Both the position numbers and the translations under genes were made by a program. From Paraspadella gotoi (lineage: Eukaryota; Animalia; Chaetognatha): a DNA stretch of 64,000 bases. Location: contig CM119266.1 of assembly GCA_051294375.1 (NCBI GenBank), positions 9,308,538 to 9,372,537 of the forward strand, in the 5' to 3' direction. This document shows, in pieces, positions 46,485 to 57,200 of this stretch. Position 1 is the first letter of the stretch. Each line of letters starts with the position of its first letter. The notes under the pieces were generated by a model. That model did not search any database. It was not told where the DNA came from and saw only the letters and a program-made list of their open reading frames with translations.

Positions 46485-49393
46485 CTCTCTTCCCCTCTCT
46501 CTCTCTCTCAGGAACTGACCTCTCCTTCAACGTAGAGTCTCGTTAATCTAGAAGGAATTGAGGAAACTGGGTGTGCGGAAAGCCTTCCGCGGCTCTTAAA
46601 AGTCGGAGTCCTACCAAAGTGAGTTGTAACTTGTATGGAGTCTTAAATGACAATACATTTTACATAATATCGTACTTTACTCCACATGAGTATAGGATGC
46701 CGTTTTAGCTTGACGAGCCGTTATTGCCTTCTGACATGTAACTATTTCATTTCTTCAATTAATTTTTTTTAAATTTTTTAAACTATTTTTTCGTCTAATT
46801 TATTTATTTATTCATTTATCTATTTATCATTGTATTTATCTTTCTTCAATTTTACTTATCTATTCATTGGGTGTATCTTCTCATTCTATTTATTTATTTC
46901 TTTACTTCATTCATCATTTAATATTATTAAGTATTCTTAATTTTTCATACATCCTCCGAATTATCAACTCTAAAATTCAGTTTGGCATGACTTTACATAA
47001 TAAATACTTAAAACAATTTTTTAAAAAATCTTTTGATAATATTTGTTATATTCTAAAGCGTGGTCCCAAAACCGCAGAGCGATTATTCTTTTTATTGTAT
47101 GCCTCCAGAGATTCAAGAGCACGCCGGATGAATTTCTTCTTTTTTAAATCCGTTCTGCCGATGCTATTTAGCTCAAAAATGGTCGCGTTCTGAAACTCGT
47201 TGCCCCCCCCCCCCCCTCTAATACTCGTCTTCTTTTTTATATTCTTTCTTTGCTTTTTTTTGCTTTTTTTTGCGTAAAAGCACTGAGAAAGAAGAGATGA
47301 TGGAGAGATGATCGAACCGCCGACGAAAAATGGCGTCGTAAAGCTATTAAACGCCGTCTCGCTCTCTCGCTCGCTCGTCTCTCACTTTCTTATTCTTTTT
47401 TTTTCTAGGTTTCCTTCTTGTCATTCTCGCTGAGCTTTCTATCTTTTTCTTTCTTTTTTATCTTTGTTCTTTCCTTCTTTCTTTCTCTTTCTTTCTTTCT
47501 TTCTTTCTTCTTCTTTTTTCTTTTCCTTCTTTCTTTTCTTTCCTTTCTTTTTCCTTCTTTATTTCCTTCTTTCTTTTTTCTTTTCTTCTTTCTTTCTTCT
47601 TTCTTTTTCTTTCTTTTCTCTTCTCTCTTCTCCTCCTGACTCTCTCCTCTCTCTCTCTCTCTCTCTCGTCTCCTCTCATCACACCGCACCCTAACCACAT
47701 AACGATTTCTCCGTCCTGAGGGAAAAGAAAAAGTGGTTCTCGCTTCCTCGGCTTCCTTGTATTTGTCGTCGGAAAAGGATGCGCATTAGGGAGGAGAGAG
47801 GAGAGAGAGAGAGAAGAGAGAGAGATGAGGAGCAAGAGAGACAGAGAAGAGAGGGTTTTAGATCACATCTTTCATCTCTGACCTCGCTCTTGCTTGTGGA
47901 ATTTTGAAAATGTCAGAAAACTGAGGGCGAAGGGAACATAAAGATTCTGTTTAGTTATTCTTTAAATAAATAATGAAACAGTTTACTTTTACCGAGCGAT
48001 CTTCCTGGCAAGCAAAATGTTATATCCTTTCAGTGTTTTCACACCCCCCTCCTCCGATTTTCCTCGCCTTCTCCCCCTTCCCTCTGCCTCCGGCCAACTT
48101 TTCACCCCCTCAAACTTACCCTCACCTTCCGCTCCAAGACCTTTACCTCCGGCGACCGCGCTCTCCTAACCTCCAACGCCTCCAAGCGAGGCGGGACACA
48201 GCTTCGTCGGTCTCCCGAAGGCTTCCGAACAGTCTCGAGCAGCTGAACTTACTCGACGTCTCTCAGAACGAACAGCCCACCGCCTTACCGCTGGGTGAGA
48301 TTCTCGTCGTTCCGCTTTGTGGGATTTGTGTTCATCCCGATGCATAGGGACAATAAAAAATAAAATTAAAATTAAACAAAACCGATGATTATATTATGAA
48401 TTACATAAGGGGAGTGCCGTTCTTTTCAATAACAATTGAAACATCTTTTGAAATATTTTCCACTTCATTGATAGGAAGCTCAGGTACTCTCGGAGTGAAT
48501 AAACGAGACTGTGAAAGAGTCTTGATTGAAAACATTGCAGGACCTGTATTGGTCATTCATCTTGTAAGACGTGATGGAGGCCTTAAACCACCCAAAAGCC
48601 TGTCCAAAGTCAGGGCGCAGATAGCTATTTATTAAATGAATGCGATTAATTTTTATATTGGTGTACAATTTCATATAGTTTGCATCTATTAATTAATAGA
48701 ACAAGTCAACAAAGGGAGAACAAAAGGGGAGCAAGTTTAATTCCCAAGCTTTGCTCGGGGTGAAATAAATAAAGAAAGACTCTTTGAGTGTTCCTCTCCA
48801 CGGAAATCTTTAGTAAAAGGCGAAAGATTTGTGCGCTCTGAAGAGAAACCAGAGTTGAATTATCGGAGAAAAGACAAAATATGAATAGCCTTACGGTTTT
48901 CTCGCATAGGGACTTGTTTATAATAAAAATTTGTCATTCTAATTTATTTTTTGAACATATGCAGTTCCTAATATTTAAATTATTTATCGTATACATTATA
49001 CAAGTTATTTTTGTTCTTTAGAGTTTTCAATAAATTACTTATAAAAAATAAAGAATAGAGTAAAAGTGTTTTCTCTAAAATACTGCAATATGCAAATGAA
49101 TTTGTTACGCTTAATTTTCTTGATTTTTTACTCTTTCTAACTCCTCTTCCTTCCTTTTATTCTCTTTTAGTTGTAATATTTTCAAACCTTTTTTACTCTA
49201 CTGATCCCCGACTCTTTGCTTTACCCTGTCTTCTACTGCAGCTCTCAACACGATGCCACGCCTGACAGAGGTCCATGCGGACAGACGCCTGATCGAGGCC
49301 ATCGACCCCACGGGCGAAGTCTGGGCGCCTATCAAAGATATGGAGAACGTTTTCCGAAGAGTCGGTTCCAAGTTGAGATTCGACTGGGCGTGA
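27947..49393 (+). CDS. LRRC8: LRRC8-like protein 2, 554 aa, 14 exons
   Basis: Phase-consistent GT-AG exons 27947-28043, 29187-29319, 30313-30377, 30453-30524, 30762-30890, 32320-32426, 32807-32983, 33370-33522, 37352-37486, 38751-38862, 39238-39320, 39660-39752, 41227-41383, 49242-49393 (1665 nt including stop). Translation: MAFVGKALELISPEKGLESVRPWWD..VKCIP..PWSQRQLVDSWCVEKDMRFYAKYLGY..IDNFWLKWSK..FAFACD..FSCTN..DIVFLLFFL..NRKWNTAEM..LKELDLSFN..LTYLDVSQN..RFDWA*. Collinear with gene 1. The span is inflated by the 41551-48444 duplicate. Confidence 0.88.
29330..30005. repeat. Degenerate intronic minisatellite (cacagttgcgtcgg / gcatcgacacaattg units)
   Basis: Reiterated cagttgcgtcggca and catc(g/a)acacaattg motifs at 29335-29700 and 29890-30000. 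Confidence 0.65.
34901..35132 (+). promoter_or_regulatory. snRNA-type promoter (extended octamer plus PSE-like box) with no recognisable known snRNA downstream
   Basis: ATTTGCATATAGCAGT at 34906 matches the U5 upstream element ATTTGCATATTGCAGT in the same relative orientation. TCACATAAGAGAAAAGCAAGAGTT at 35109-35132 shares the exact 14-mer GAAAAGCAAGAGTT with the proximal promoter of U5 copy 2 (54087-54074, minus). Confidence 0.55.
35167..35302 (+). ncRNA. Candidate unidentified small nuclear RNA (possibly SL-RNA-like)
   Basis: Start inferred from the 35-nt spacing in the U5 copy 2 promoter. Stems TACGTT/AACGTA, AACTT/AAGTT and AAGAA/TTCTT are followed by the U-rich Sm-like TAATTTATG (35250-35258). 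The 3' end is a guess. Confidence 0.3.
35940..36007. repeat. 11-bp tandem repeat (gtgagtacgag)
   Basis: About six units next to an N gap; each unit resembles a consensus donor GAG|GTGAGT. Confidence 0.8.
38866..39105. repeat. (GATT)n microsatellite with a degenerate extension
   Basis: ttgattgattga run immediately after the exon 10 donor. Confidence 0.9.
41551..48444 (+). other. Error-rich second copy of 34335-41525, including frameshifted LRRC8-like 2 exons 9-13 (alternate haplotype or gap-fill artefact)
   Basis: Starts right after a 25-N gap (41526-41550). Collinear with 34335-41525, with exon copies near 44056, 45550, 46034, 46512 and 48132 riddled with 1-bp indels. It supplies sequence where the first copy has N gaps. 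Confidence 0.88.
48742..48856 (-). ncRNA. RNU5: U5 spliceosomal snRNA (copy 1, antisense in the last intron of LRRC8-like 2)
   Basis: Minus strand ACTCTGGTTTCTCTTCAGAGCGCACAAATCTTTCGCCTTTTACTAAAGATTTCCGTGGAGAGGAACA has the invariant loop I GCCUUUUAC and is close to metazoan U5. 3' hairpin CCCGAGC-AAA-GCTTGGG. Confidence 0.95.
49082..49099 (-). promoter_or_regulatory. Octamer-containing distal sequence element of U5 copy 1
   Basis: ATGCAAAT at 49090-49097, i.e. -234 to -241 from the U5 5' end, the same spacing as in copy 2. Confidence 0.7.
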
Positions 49394-49908
49394 GGGCACC
49401 GAGATTGAATTCAGAAATAGCGCCGGGATGGAATCGAAAAACACCTCGCAAATCTCATAGGATATGAATTTAACTTAAAGGGCGGCGCGAAAAAGAAAAC
49501 AAATCCACTAACTTTAATCTAAACAATATCAAGTTCATAGACTTATCCGATTTTTTGACTATTCACAACTAGTGGACAGCAATTAACTCATTTTTAAATT
49601 AATCGCCGAGCGAATGATAAAAAAAAAGTTTTTCTAGTCAAAAATATATATATCGGCTATTTTCCGGGTCATTGCTTGACACCGAAATAAAAAATCCCCT
49701 TGAGTTGCCATTCTGCTTTTTTTTTCTTACTGGAATAAATAGAGGCCTGGTTTTTTCCGGAGCAGGGTCAAAGGCAGTCCCTTTTTTTTTATCGGTAGAT
49801 TGGCAGCATATGAGGTCGTTTCGTCAGCGGATATCGAGAGAATCGGCTAAGAAGGGGTTTTCTCCTGCCATCCCCTACCGCCAAAGAGCACCCCGACTTC
49901 AGTCCTCA

Positions 49909-49940
<32 letters not shown>

Positions 49941-49985
49941 ATCGTCGTCATAAACGTTATTACCTTTGCCGTCGACGTTAACGTC

Positions 49986-50105
49986 GTTGTCTTGGCAACG
50001 CGTTACTCTTCCCCGTTAACGATTCCAAATGAAGCGGGAGGAAAAAACGGATGCAATCATTTGCCGTTGCCAAGACGCAAAGGCGAACTTGGTTGCCATG
50101 GTGAT
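49986..50105. promoter_or_regulatory. Cluster of RFX X-box-like motifs
   Basis: GTTGTCTTGGCAAC (49986-49999), a GTTGCCAAG half-site (~50066) and GTTGCCATGGTGAT (50092-50105) in a CpG-rich patch. Confidence 0.4.
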
Positions 50106-50608
50106 TCAACTGCGCAACGAACGCGTTAACGACGGATTTGTTCCATTAGTAGGGCGTCTGCCGGAATTGAGCGGTGGCCGATTTAAGAACTATCAAAAAG
50201 ATTTCAGAAGACTCTTATTAATTTGGCCAAAACTTTTTTTTTTGAAACGGCGATTTTAATTGTCGTTATGTAGTTATGTTTTTTCGGTCGGCACTATTTT
50301 GCTAATATCTCGTATTTGTGATGTCATTTACAACGATAGTGAAAGAAAACTTGAACATAGGCTTTTACTGAGCCCGCTAACTCTCACATTTATTCTATTA
50401 AAAAATTATTGTTATGATTCTTTCTTTTCGTTGTTGCATACTTAAAACTTGTTTTTCTTAAAAAAATCATTAAAAATTTGCTTTCTAGGTCCGTCCGTCC
50501 GTCCGTCCGTCCGTCCTGTGCATCCTTCCTTTCCTTCCTTCCTTCCTTTCCTTCCATTCCTCTTCGCCATTTCCTGTTTTGACGCGGGAAAAATTGCCCC
50601 AAAAATGT

Positions 50609-50642
<34 letters not shown>

Positions 50643-51056
50643 TTTTTTTTTTTTTTAATCTTTTCTCTCCCGTTCTCCCTCGTTCATAAATTTGTGAGAG
50701 TTTTGGGTGGAATAGGGGACGCGGAGAGGAGAGAAGAAGAGAGAGAGAGAGAGAGAGAAGAAGAGAGAGAGAGAAGAGAGAGAGAGAAGAGAAGAGAGAG
50801 GAGAGATGGAGAGAGGAAAGTGAAATAGAAACAGTAGAAGGTGTTAGCAATGGTGGTTTCGATGGAATTGAATCGTGTTGCTCGCGTAAAATAACTCGGG
50901 TTAATCACAAAAGGAATTAGACGACATGGGAAAAAGCATGTCTCGAAAAAACATGAAAGAGACCAATAGAATCACGATGCAAAGATCACCAGTTGTGGTA
51001 AGTGAAGACTGATCTCTGATCTCTGATCTCTGATCAATGATCATAGTGGATAAGAT

Positions 51057-51198
51057 AATTTGTGGAATCGTGGTACAAGATCAAAGTAAAGAGTATGAAT
51101 TGAGTGGAATCATAGTGTAAGATCAAAGCGAAGAGAATGAATTTGTGGAAGCGTGGTACAAGATCAAAGCGAAGAGAATGAATTTGTGGAAGCGTGGT
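51057..51198. repeat. ~41-42 bp minisatellite, about 3.5 copies
   Basis: aatttgtggaa(t/g)cgtggtacaagatcaaagcgaagagaatg units; tcaaag recurs at 51081, 51123 and 51164. Confidence 0.85.
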
Positions 51199-52536
51199 GC
51201 GGGTTGGAGAGGGAGAGATTTTTATTGTGCTCGAACGAGAAAATATATTTCATCCCGGGATCGAGTCCCGGTTTTTCCTCGACTCCGAGAAGCTAAATTC
51301 AATTAGCATAATGATTCCAGGTGAGGAGAAGATTCTACCGACAAGAGTGATGGTGGGGGGGCGGGAGGTGGGGCGGAATGAGTTTGCATCTGATGAAAAT
51401 TAGGGAAAGGCGGAAAATGAAGGAAAGAAAAGAAAAAAGATGGAAGAAAGATAAAAAAAAAAAAAAAAGGAAAGTGAGAAGGGGAAGGGGAAGAAATAAT
51501 ATAATACGAAAAAATTTTAAATTATAAAGGTTAAAAAAACAGGTGATTAGAAACAAAATTTAATAAGGAGACTTTTAAAGTTTAAAAAGTCTATTAATGT
51601 AAAAAAAAAGGAAGACAATACAATTCTGGAGATTAGAAAGGAAAAAAGTAAAAAAAGTTTCAGACGTGAATCAAAATATGCAGAATTTTGTAAAAAATTT
51701 AAAATTAAAAATCTTTTTTTTTTCTAAAAATCTATTTTTATATAAAAAAAGTAGAATTTCTAAAAAAGAAAAGTCGAAAAAATGCAGGAAAAAGTGAAGG
51801 AAAGAAATTGAATGTGGGTTTTTCGTGAGGAGATTAAAAGGGAGTCACCTCCTTTGAATTTCGATTCGATATCGTGAGAAACAAATGGAAATTCTTTTCT
51901 TTCACCAACCGATGCTGATCATTGGTCTTGCTTTTTCTTCGATGTCAACTTTCCTTCAAATGTTCTTTGAATTTGTTGATTTTGTTTGTACTTAGTTGTA
52001 ATTGATTGTAATTATACCAATTTAAAAACCAACCGCTTTAAAAAGTTAACAAGTAAAGATCGATATTCTATAGGGTCATTTCACATGACCTCATTCTTTA
52101 GTAATCTCAAGGAGAACAGAGTTCCGATTCAAATTTTATTATCTTTACAAAAAAACGAATATCTCCTGATCCTTTTAAAGGAAATTAATTAATTAAATTC
52201 AATTAAAACAATTAAATCAATTAGATCAATTAGATCATTTAAATCAAATAAAACAATTAAAGCAATGTAACCAATTAAATTAATTAAAACAATTAAAACA
52301 ATTAAATCAATTAAAACAATTAAATTTACCAAACGTAAAAAAATCAGATGAATACAATTTCAATTAATCGACAATGCAGAGTCTGCAGTCTGCAGACAAC
52401 ACGTAATGCAATGAGGATAGCGATAAATTAATGTTTCCTCCATGACGTAGATGGGACAACTGAAGGCGAAGACGTTATTCCAACAACTGAATTCCAATCC
52501 AATGAATTGTCCATATGTCAATTAAATACGAGTCCA

Positions 52537-53075
52537 ACGACGAAGACAGCGATGAAGACAACAACGAATTCTATTTTAACAACGATTCCAACGACGAATT
52601 CAATTCCTACAACAAAAGACAATGACGAAGACCATGACCAATTCCATTTTAACGACGATTCCAACGAGGAATTCAATTCCTACGACAAAAGACGATGACG
52701 AAGACCACAACGAATACTATTTTAACGACGATTCCAACGACGAATTCAATTCCTACGACAAAAGACGACAAAGACCACGACGAATTCCATTTTAACTACG
52801 ATTCCAACGACGAATTCAATTCCTGCGACAAAAGACAATGACAAAGACCATGACGAATTCCATTTTAATGACGATTCTAATGACGAATTCAATTCCTACG
52901 ACAAAAGACGATGACAAAGACCACGACAAATTCCATTTTAACGACGATTCCAACGACGAATTCAATTCCTACGACAAAAGACGATGACGAAGACCACGAC
53001 GAATTCTATTTTAACGACGATTCCAAGGACGAATTCGATTCCAACGACGAAGGCGACGACGATTCCAACGACGAT
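52537..53075. repeat. 73-bp minisatellite, about 7 copies
   Basis: The tttaa(c/t) anchor ends at 52580, 52653, 52726, 52796, 52869, 52942 and 53015 (period 73, one unit 70). The period is not a multiple of 3, so it is non-coding. Confidence 0.92.
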
Positions 53076-53924
53076 TTCGACCAAATCGTCCCGCGACTCC
53101 TTCCCCTTTTTTTTTTCTCCTCGTCGTCGTCGTCCCTCTCGTCGTGGGTCTCGTCGTCGTAGTCGTCGTCGCTTCCGGCGCGCGTCTTTGGCGCCACGAA
53201 TCCGCTTCCGGTTTTCACTCCTTTCTTACGACGCAAGTGTGACCCACCCAAGAAGGGGAATGTTTTAAAAACAATATAGCCAACTTAATTAGTACCGATT
53301 ACAAACGATTAAGTGATCACGAAAAAAAAGTCGATTCCCGTCGTTTAAAAATGTTTCTTGCAACTCGGATTAATTTTCCTCGTCCCCGGATGTAACAATG
53401 TGAACCGCCGACTTCAATTTCCGGCGGATATATTTAAACATAACATCCGGGCTCTCGGCGCCGATTTCCAGAATTTCTTTCTCGACATCGAATCCGAAAT
53501 AATAAAAAAAAGGGAGAAATTAGCTTCATTTTGCTCTTTTTTTTTCCTCCGTGAGATTTCGGAACTTTTCCCTCGTTTTTTTTTTTTCGCTAAAAACAAA
53601 AAATAAACTAAAAGAAAACAAAACCGGACGGAGATGTTTCGGCGAAACGAGGAGAAAGATAAAAACGAAGTTGGACGCTGGAAACGGGATGACACTTTTT
53701 CGGTGAGAAGTCGAGTCTTTCATTTTTTATTATCGGGTTAGGGTTGAGTTCAGTTTCATTGTTGTCAAATAACCAGAAACGTGTATATGTATCATGAATC
53801 ATGAATCATGAATGAGAGCTACATACCTTAATAAAATAAAGCATATAGATATTGATTCATCGATACTAACACTAATCTTTACTAAGCTCCCGCTATCTAA
53901 GTTTATTTAATAAGTTGTTTTAAT

Positions 53925-54039
53925 TCCCGAGCTTTGCTCGGGCTGAAATAAATAAAGAAACACTCTTTGAGTGTTCCTCTCCACGGAAATCTTTAGTAAA
54001 AGGCGAAAGATTTGTGCGCTCTGAAGAGAAACCAGAGTT
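53925..54039 (-). ncRNA. RNU5: U5 spliceosomal snRNA (copy 2)
   Basis: Same U5 body as copy 1 with loop I GCCUUUUAC; perfect 3' hairpin CCCGAGC-AAA-GCTCGGG. The flanks are unrelated to copy 1, so this is a real second locus. Confidence 0.95.
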
Positions 54040-54264
54040 ACTGAGGAGAATTCATTAGGGTACTTAAGGCTTAAACTCTTGCTTTTCGAAGGTAAACTAT
54101 AAAAGCAAGCAAAGTACATTGAAAACTATTAAAAAAAGGGACCATTATTAAAATTTTAACTTCACATCGATAATCGTATAGAATAGTTTTAATTTAAAGA
54201 TCAAAAGAGTTTTATGAAAAGGTTTTGTATCACTATTAAAGTTTAAAAAGTTTACTATTCAAAC

Positions 54265-54284
54265 ACTGCAATATGCAAATGAGA
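54265..54284 (-). promoter_or_regulatory. Octamer-containing distal sequence element of U5 copy 2
   Basis: ACTGCAATATGCAAATGAGA, with ATGCAAAT at 54273-54280 (-234 to -241). A PSE-like TTTACCTTCGAAAAG lies at 54096-54082 (minus). Confidence 0.7.
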
Positions 54285-57200
54285 TTTTTTGACATCCGAA
54301 AATTGGTCTTTTTTCTCTTTGGACTACGTCCCTCCAAAGAAAGGGAGAGAGAGAGAAAGAGAAAGAGAAAGAAAGAGAGAGAGAGAGAGAGAGAGAAGCG
54401 TGACCCAAAAGATTTCTGACCGGAAGTGACCGACAAATCGATTCCAGTCTCATGGGGCGACATCCGTTAAGTGGCGACCGGCGTAGTAGGTCCGTGGCGT
54501 CGTCGTTGTTGTTGTTGTCGACGTGGTCGTAACGAGGAAGGATTATCGGGTTTCGCGAAGAAGGTGGAGCCAGATGCGGGATTTCCGAGTCAGATGGCAT
54601 CAGGTGTTTCGTCAAGAAGAGGGATCGAGCGAGGTGTCGCTAAAAATCTCAATTTCTTCTACTGAAAGAAAAAAAATTCATGGTATTTTTTATTGGTTCC
54701 ATTTTCACTTCGAAGTCCCGGAGTTCCCCGTTTAGGAAATTCCTACAGTAATAGGCCGAAGGGGAGTCGATTCTCACCTTCTTTTTTTTATTCCTTTATT
54801 TCTTTCGTTTTATTTCCTTACTTTCTTCTTTCACCTTAATTTTTTTTTCCTGTTTTTGTCTTATTGCAACATTTTATAAAAATATTTCTTTTTCAAGAAG
54901 CAAGTAAAATAAAAAATAAAAACTTTTCGATTTCTAAAGAAGAGCCACGCCCAAGCCACGCCCATCCCACCTGGCACCCGCTTCCGGTCGGTGCCAATCT
55001 CTGGCCTAACGACGACACCTCATCCTCTTTTGGTCGAAGGAACGAAAACAGGTGGAGCAGGTGGAAGGTGTTGGATGGCGGCAGGTGGCGCGGGTGCTGA
55101 CATCGAAGGCGTGGAAAGACATTCTATTACATACTCCTAATTAAGTTATGTAATATTACTGTAACATCGAGATAAATATAAATATGCGATTTTATTCGAA
55201 TACAGTATGTATCCCAAAAAATTCATTATATTTGTATTTATATATTAAAAAACACTTTAGTTAATTATAAAAAAAATATAATTTAGTATTTGACCAGGAA
55301 TAAAATTGCCTATCCAATCAACTATTTTAATTTCTATAATAAAAAAGTTGAAGCTAACTAATAATAAACAAAATAATAGAGCTCAATTTATTATTGATAG
55401 CAAGTCTTATGCCATAAGACGTAATAAATAATATTTTTTCTCGAGGCTCCTACACCACTTTACCATGTAGACCATTACGATTAATTTTTACTGAGAAAAA
55501 AAAGTATTTTGAGCTAGAGTAGCAAATTAATTTTTTTGTTCTAAATATGATGTCTCCAAAACAAAACTTAAAAATTTTTTTTGGGAAATATCACGAAAGG
55601 GAAATAGACCATACCGAGTTCCATCCCAGACTCACATTGCATATCAACGTCATTCCATTCCTATGTATTATAGCTGAAGAATATAGCTTTTCCCCTGGCA
55701 ACTAATGTAGAGGAACTAGCCAAGACCCGGTTCTGGTATTTCTTACAGTTAAGAGACAGACATTTAATTGTTTACGAGTAGCCGACCAAAGCGCAAAATT
55801 CGAATTTTAGCAGAGTAGCCCCGAACTTCGGAAAAAGAGTGTAAATCCGTGATAACAGGCCATGCGCATAGATCAATGGCACCCCGTGCGCAAATATCTG
55901 CCTCGTTTCTGTTATACCTGATCTTATCATGAGGTTTTTTACACTTGCCTAGCCTGCTGTCTTGTATTCAGCCGTTTGGCCAAATTTTGCCGGCGGGGCT
56001 TTTATCGAAGTATGATGAGATATTTTGAGCTAATCGTTTTTCGAGCATTTCTCTGAAGACTCATAAACTCACGTTTGTTCCTGTGGACCAGAACTCCGTT
56101 TTTACGAGTTTCCATATGAACCTTTTTACGAAGAGAATAACAACTTACGTAGAAACTTTATTCTGCGTTATTTCTGTACAACATGCGGCACGGCGTGACG
56201 TTAGGAATGCTCGTCTGCTGCGCACGAAGAACAAACATTCTTCCACCACCGCCGTCTACCTCCTTACCAACGTCTTAGCGATGCCCACCAGGCGTTGGGC
56301 GCTTGGAAGGCGATATGACTGCCCTCCCGCCATCAATTGGCCCGCCGATTAACAGTCCACCAATAAGAGACTTCCTGTACTGTCGACGAAAGCGACACAA
56401 TTGTAAGGTTACTATACTGGCTCAGTAAAAAATAGCGTGACCCATGCCCATTCACACGCTTCTCTATAATGACATGTTTCAAAAATTTCTAGATCCGTCA
56501 TTGGAGATATACGAATATTCAAGACTGACCTTTGCAATAAACGGCTTTCCAAAGAGTCAGAACCGTAATCCGGGGAGCAGGAGTCAGTAATTTACCTTAC
56601 AAATTAGATTAGTAGCATTCGTTTAATATTCTCTTCGCTGTTCAACTCCCTTCTGCGATGATCTAAATTCCAAACAGCAGCATTTATCTAGGTGCAACGT
56701 AATTTTGTTACCCGCATTACGACTACCGCGTTAAATACTTTTACTCAATTTACACGTCGCTATGCTTATTTATTCAATTCCTTAAGCGTTATTGCGGTCA
56801 ATGTGTTCAGTTTGCGGTAGTTCGACAATAATCAATTGGTTTCGAGTTAAATTATATGGTTTCGTTTCAAGTTCGCTTTCAAGTCCAACAACATTGTCGC
56901 CAAATCAGCGTCGTACGATAATGTCATCCACATCTCCGTAGACGACCCGCATGCTCGTTCATAAGCACATCAGAGACCAACATGATCGCCGCTCGCGTGA
57001 TGGAGTTCTTGGCCGGAGCGGGATGCATTCCCGCGTCCACGCATCCACGGAACCTATATTTCGACGCGTACGGATTCCCTACCAGCAATCGACTGATACA
57101 AAGGGAGCAGACGCGTCATCCAATTCCGTTATTCCTCTCTACGATGCGACGAATGAGCCAGCTCTCGAGTGAGGGAGTCGCTAGCCTTCCACCATCACCC

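Noticed and set aside
41551-48444. Third LRRC8-like gene or internal LRR-exon duplication
   Set aside because: Starts at a 25-N gap, includes the introns, and is full of 1-bp indels; best explained as a redundant haplotype or long-read copy.
52537-53075. CRISPR-like array or Thr-rich mucin ORF
   Set aside because: Whole 73-bp units repeat with no unique spacers, the period is not a multiple of 3, and the context is eukaryotic.
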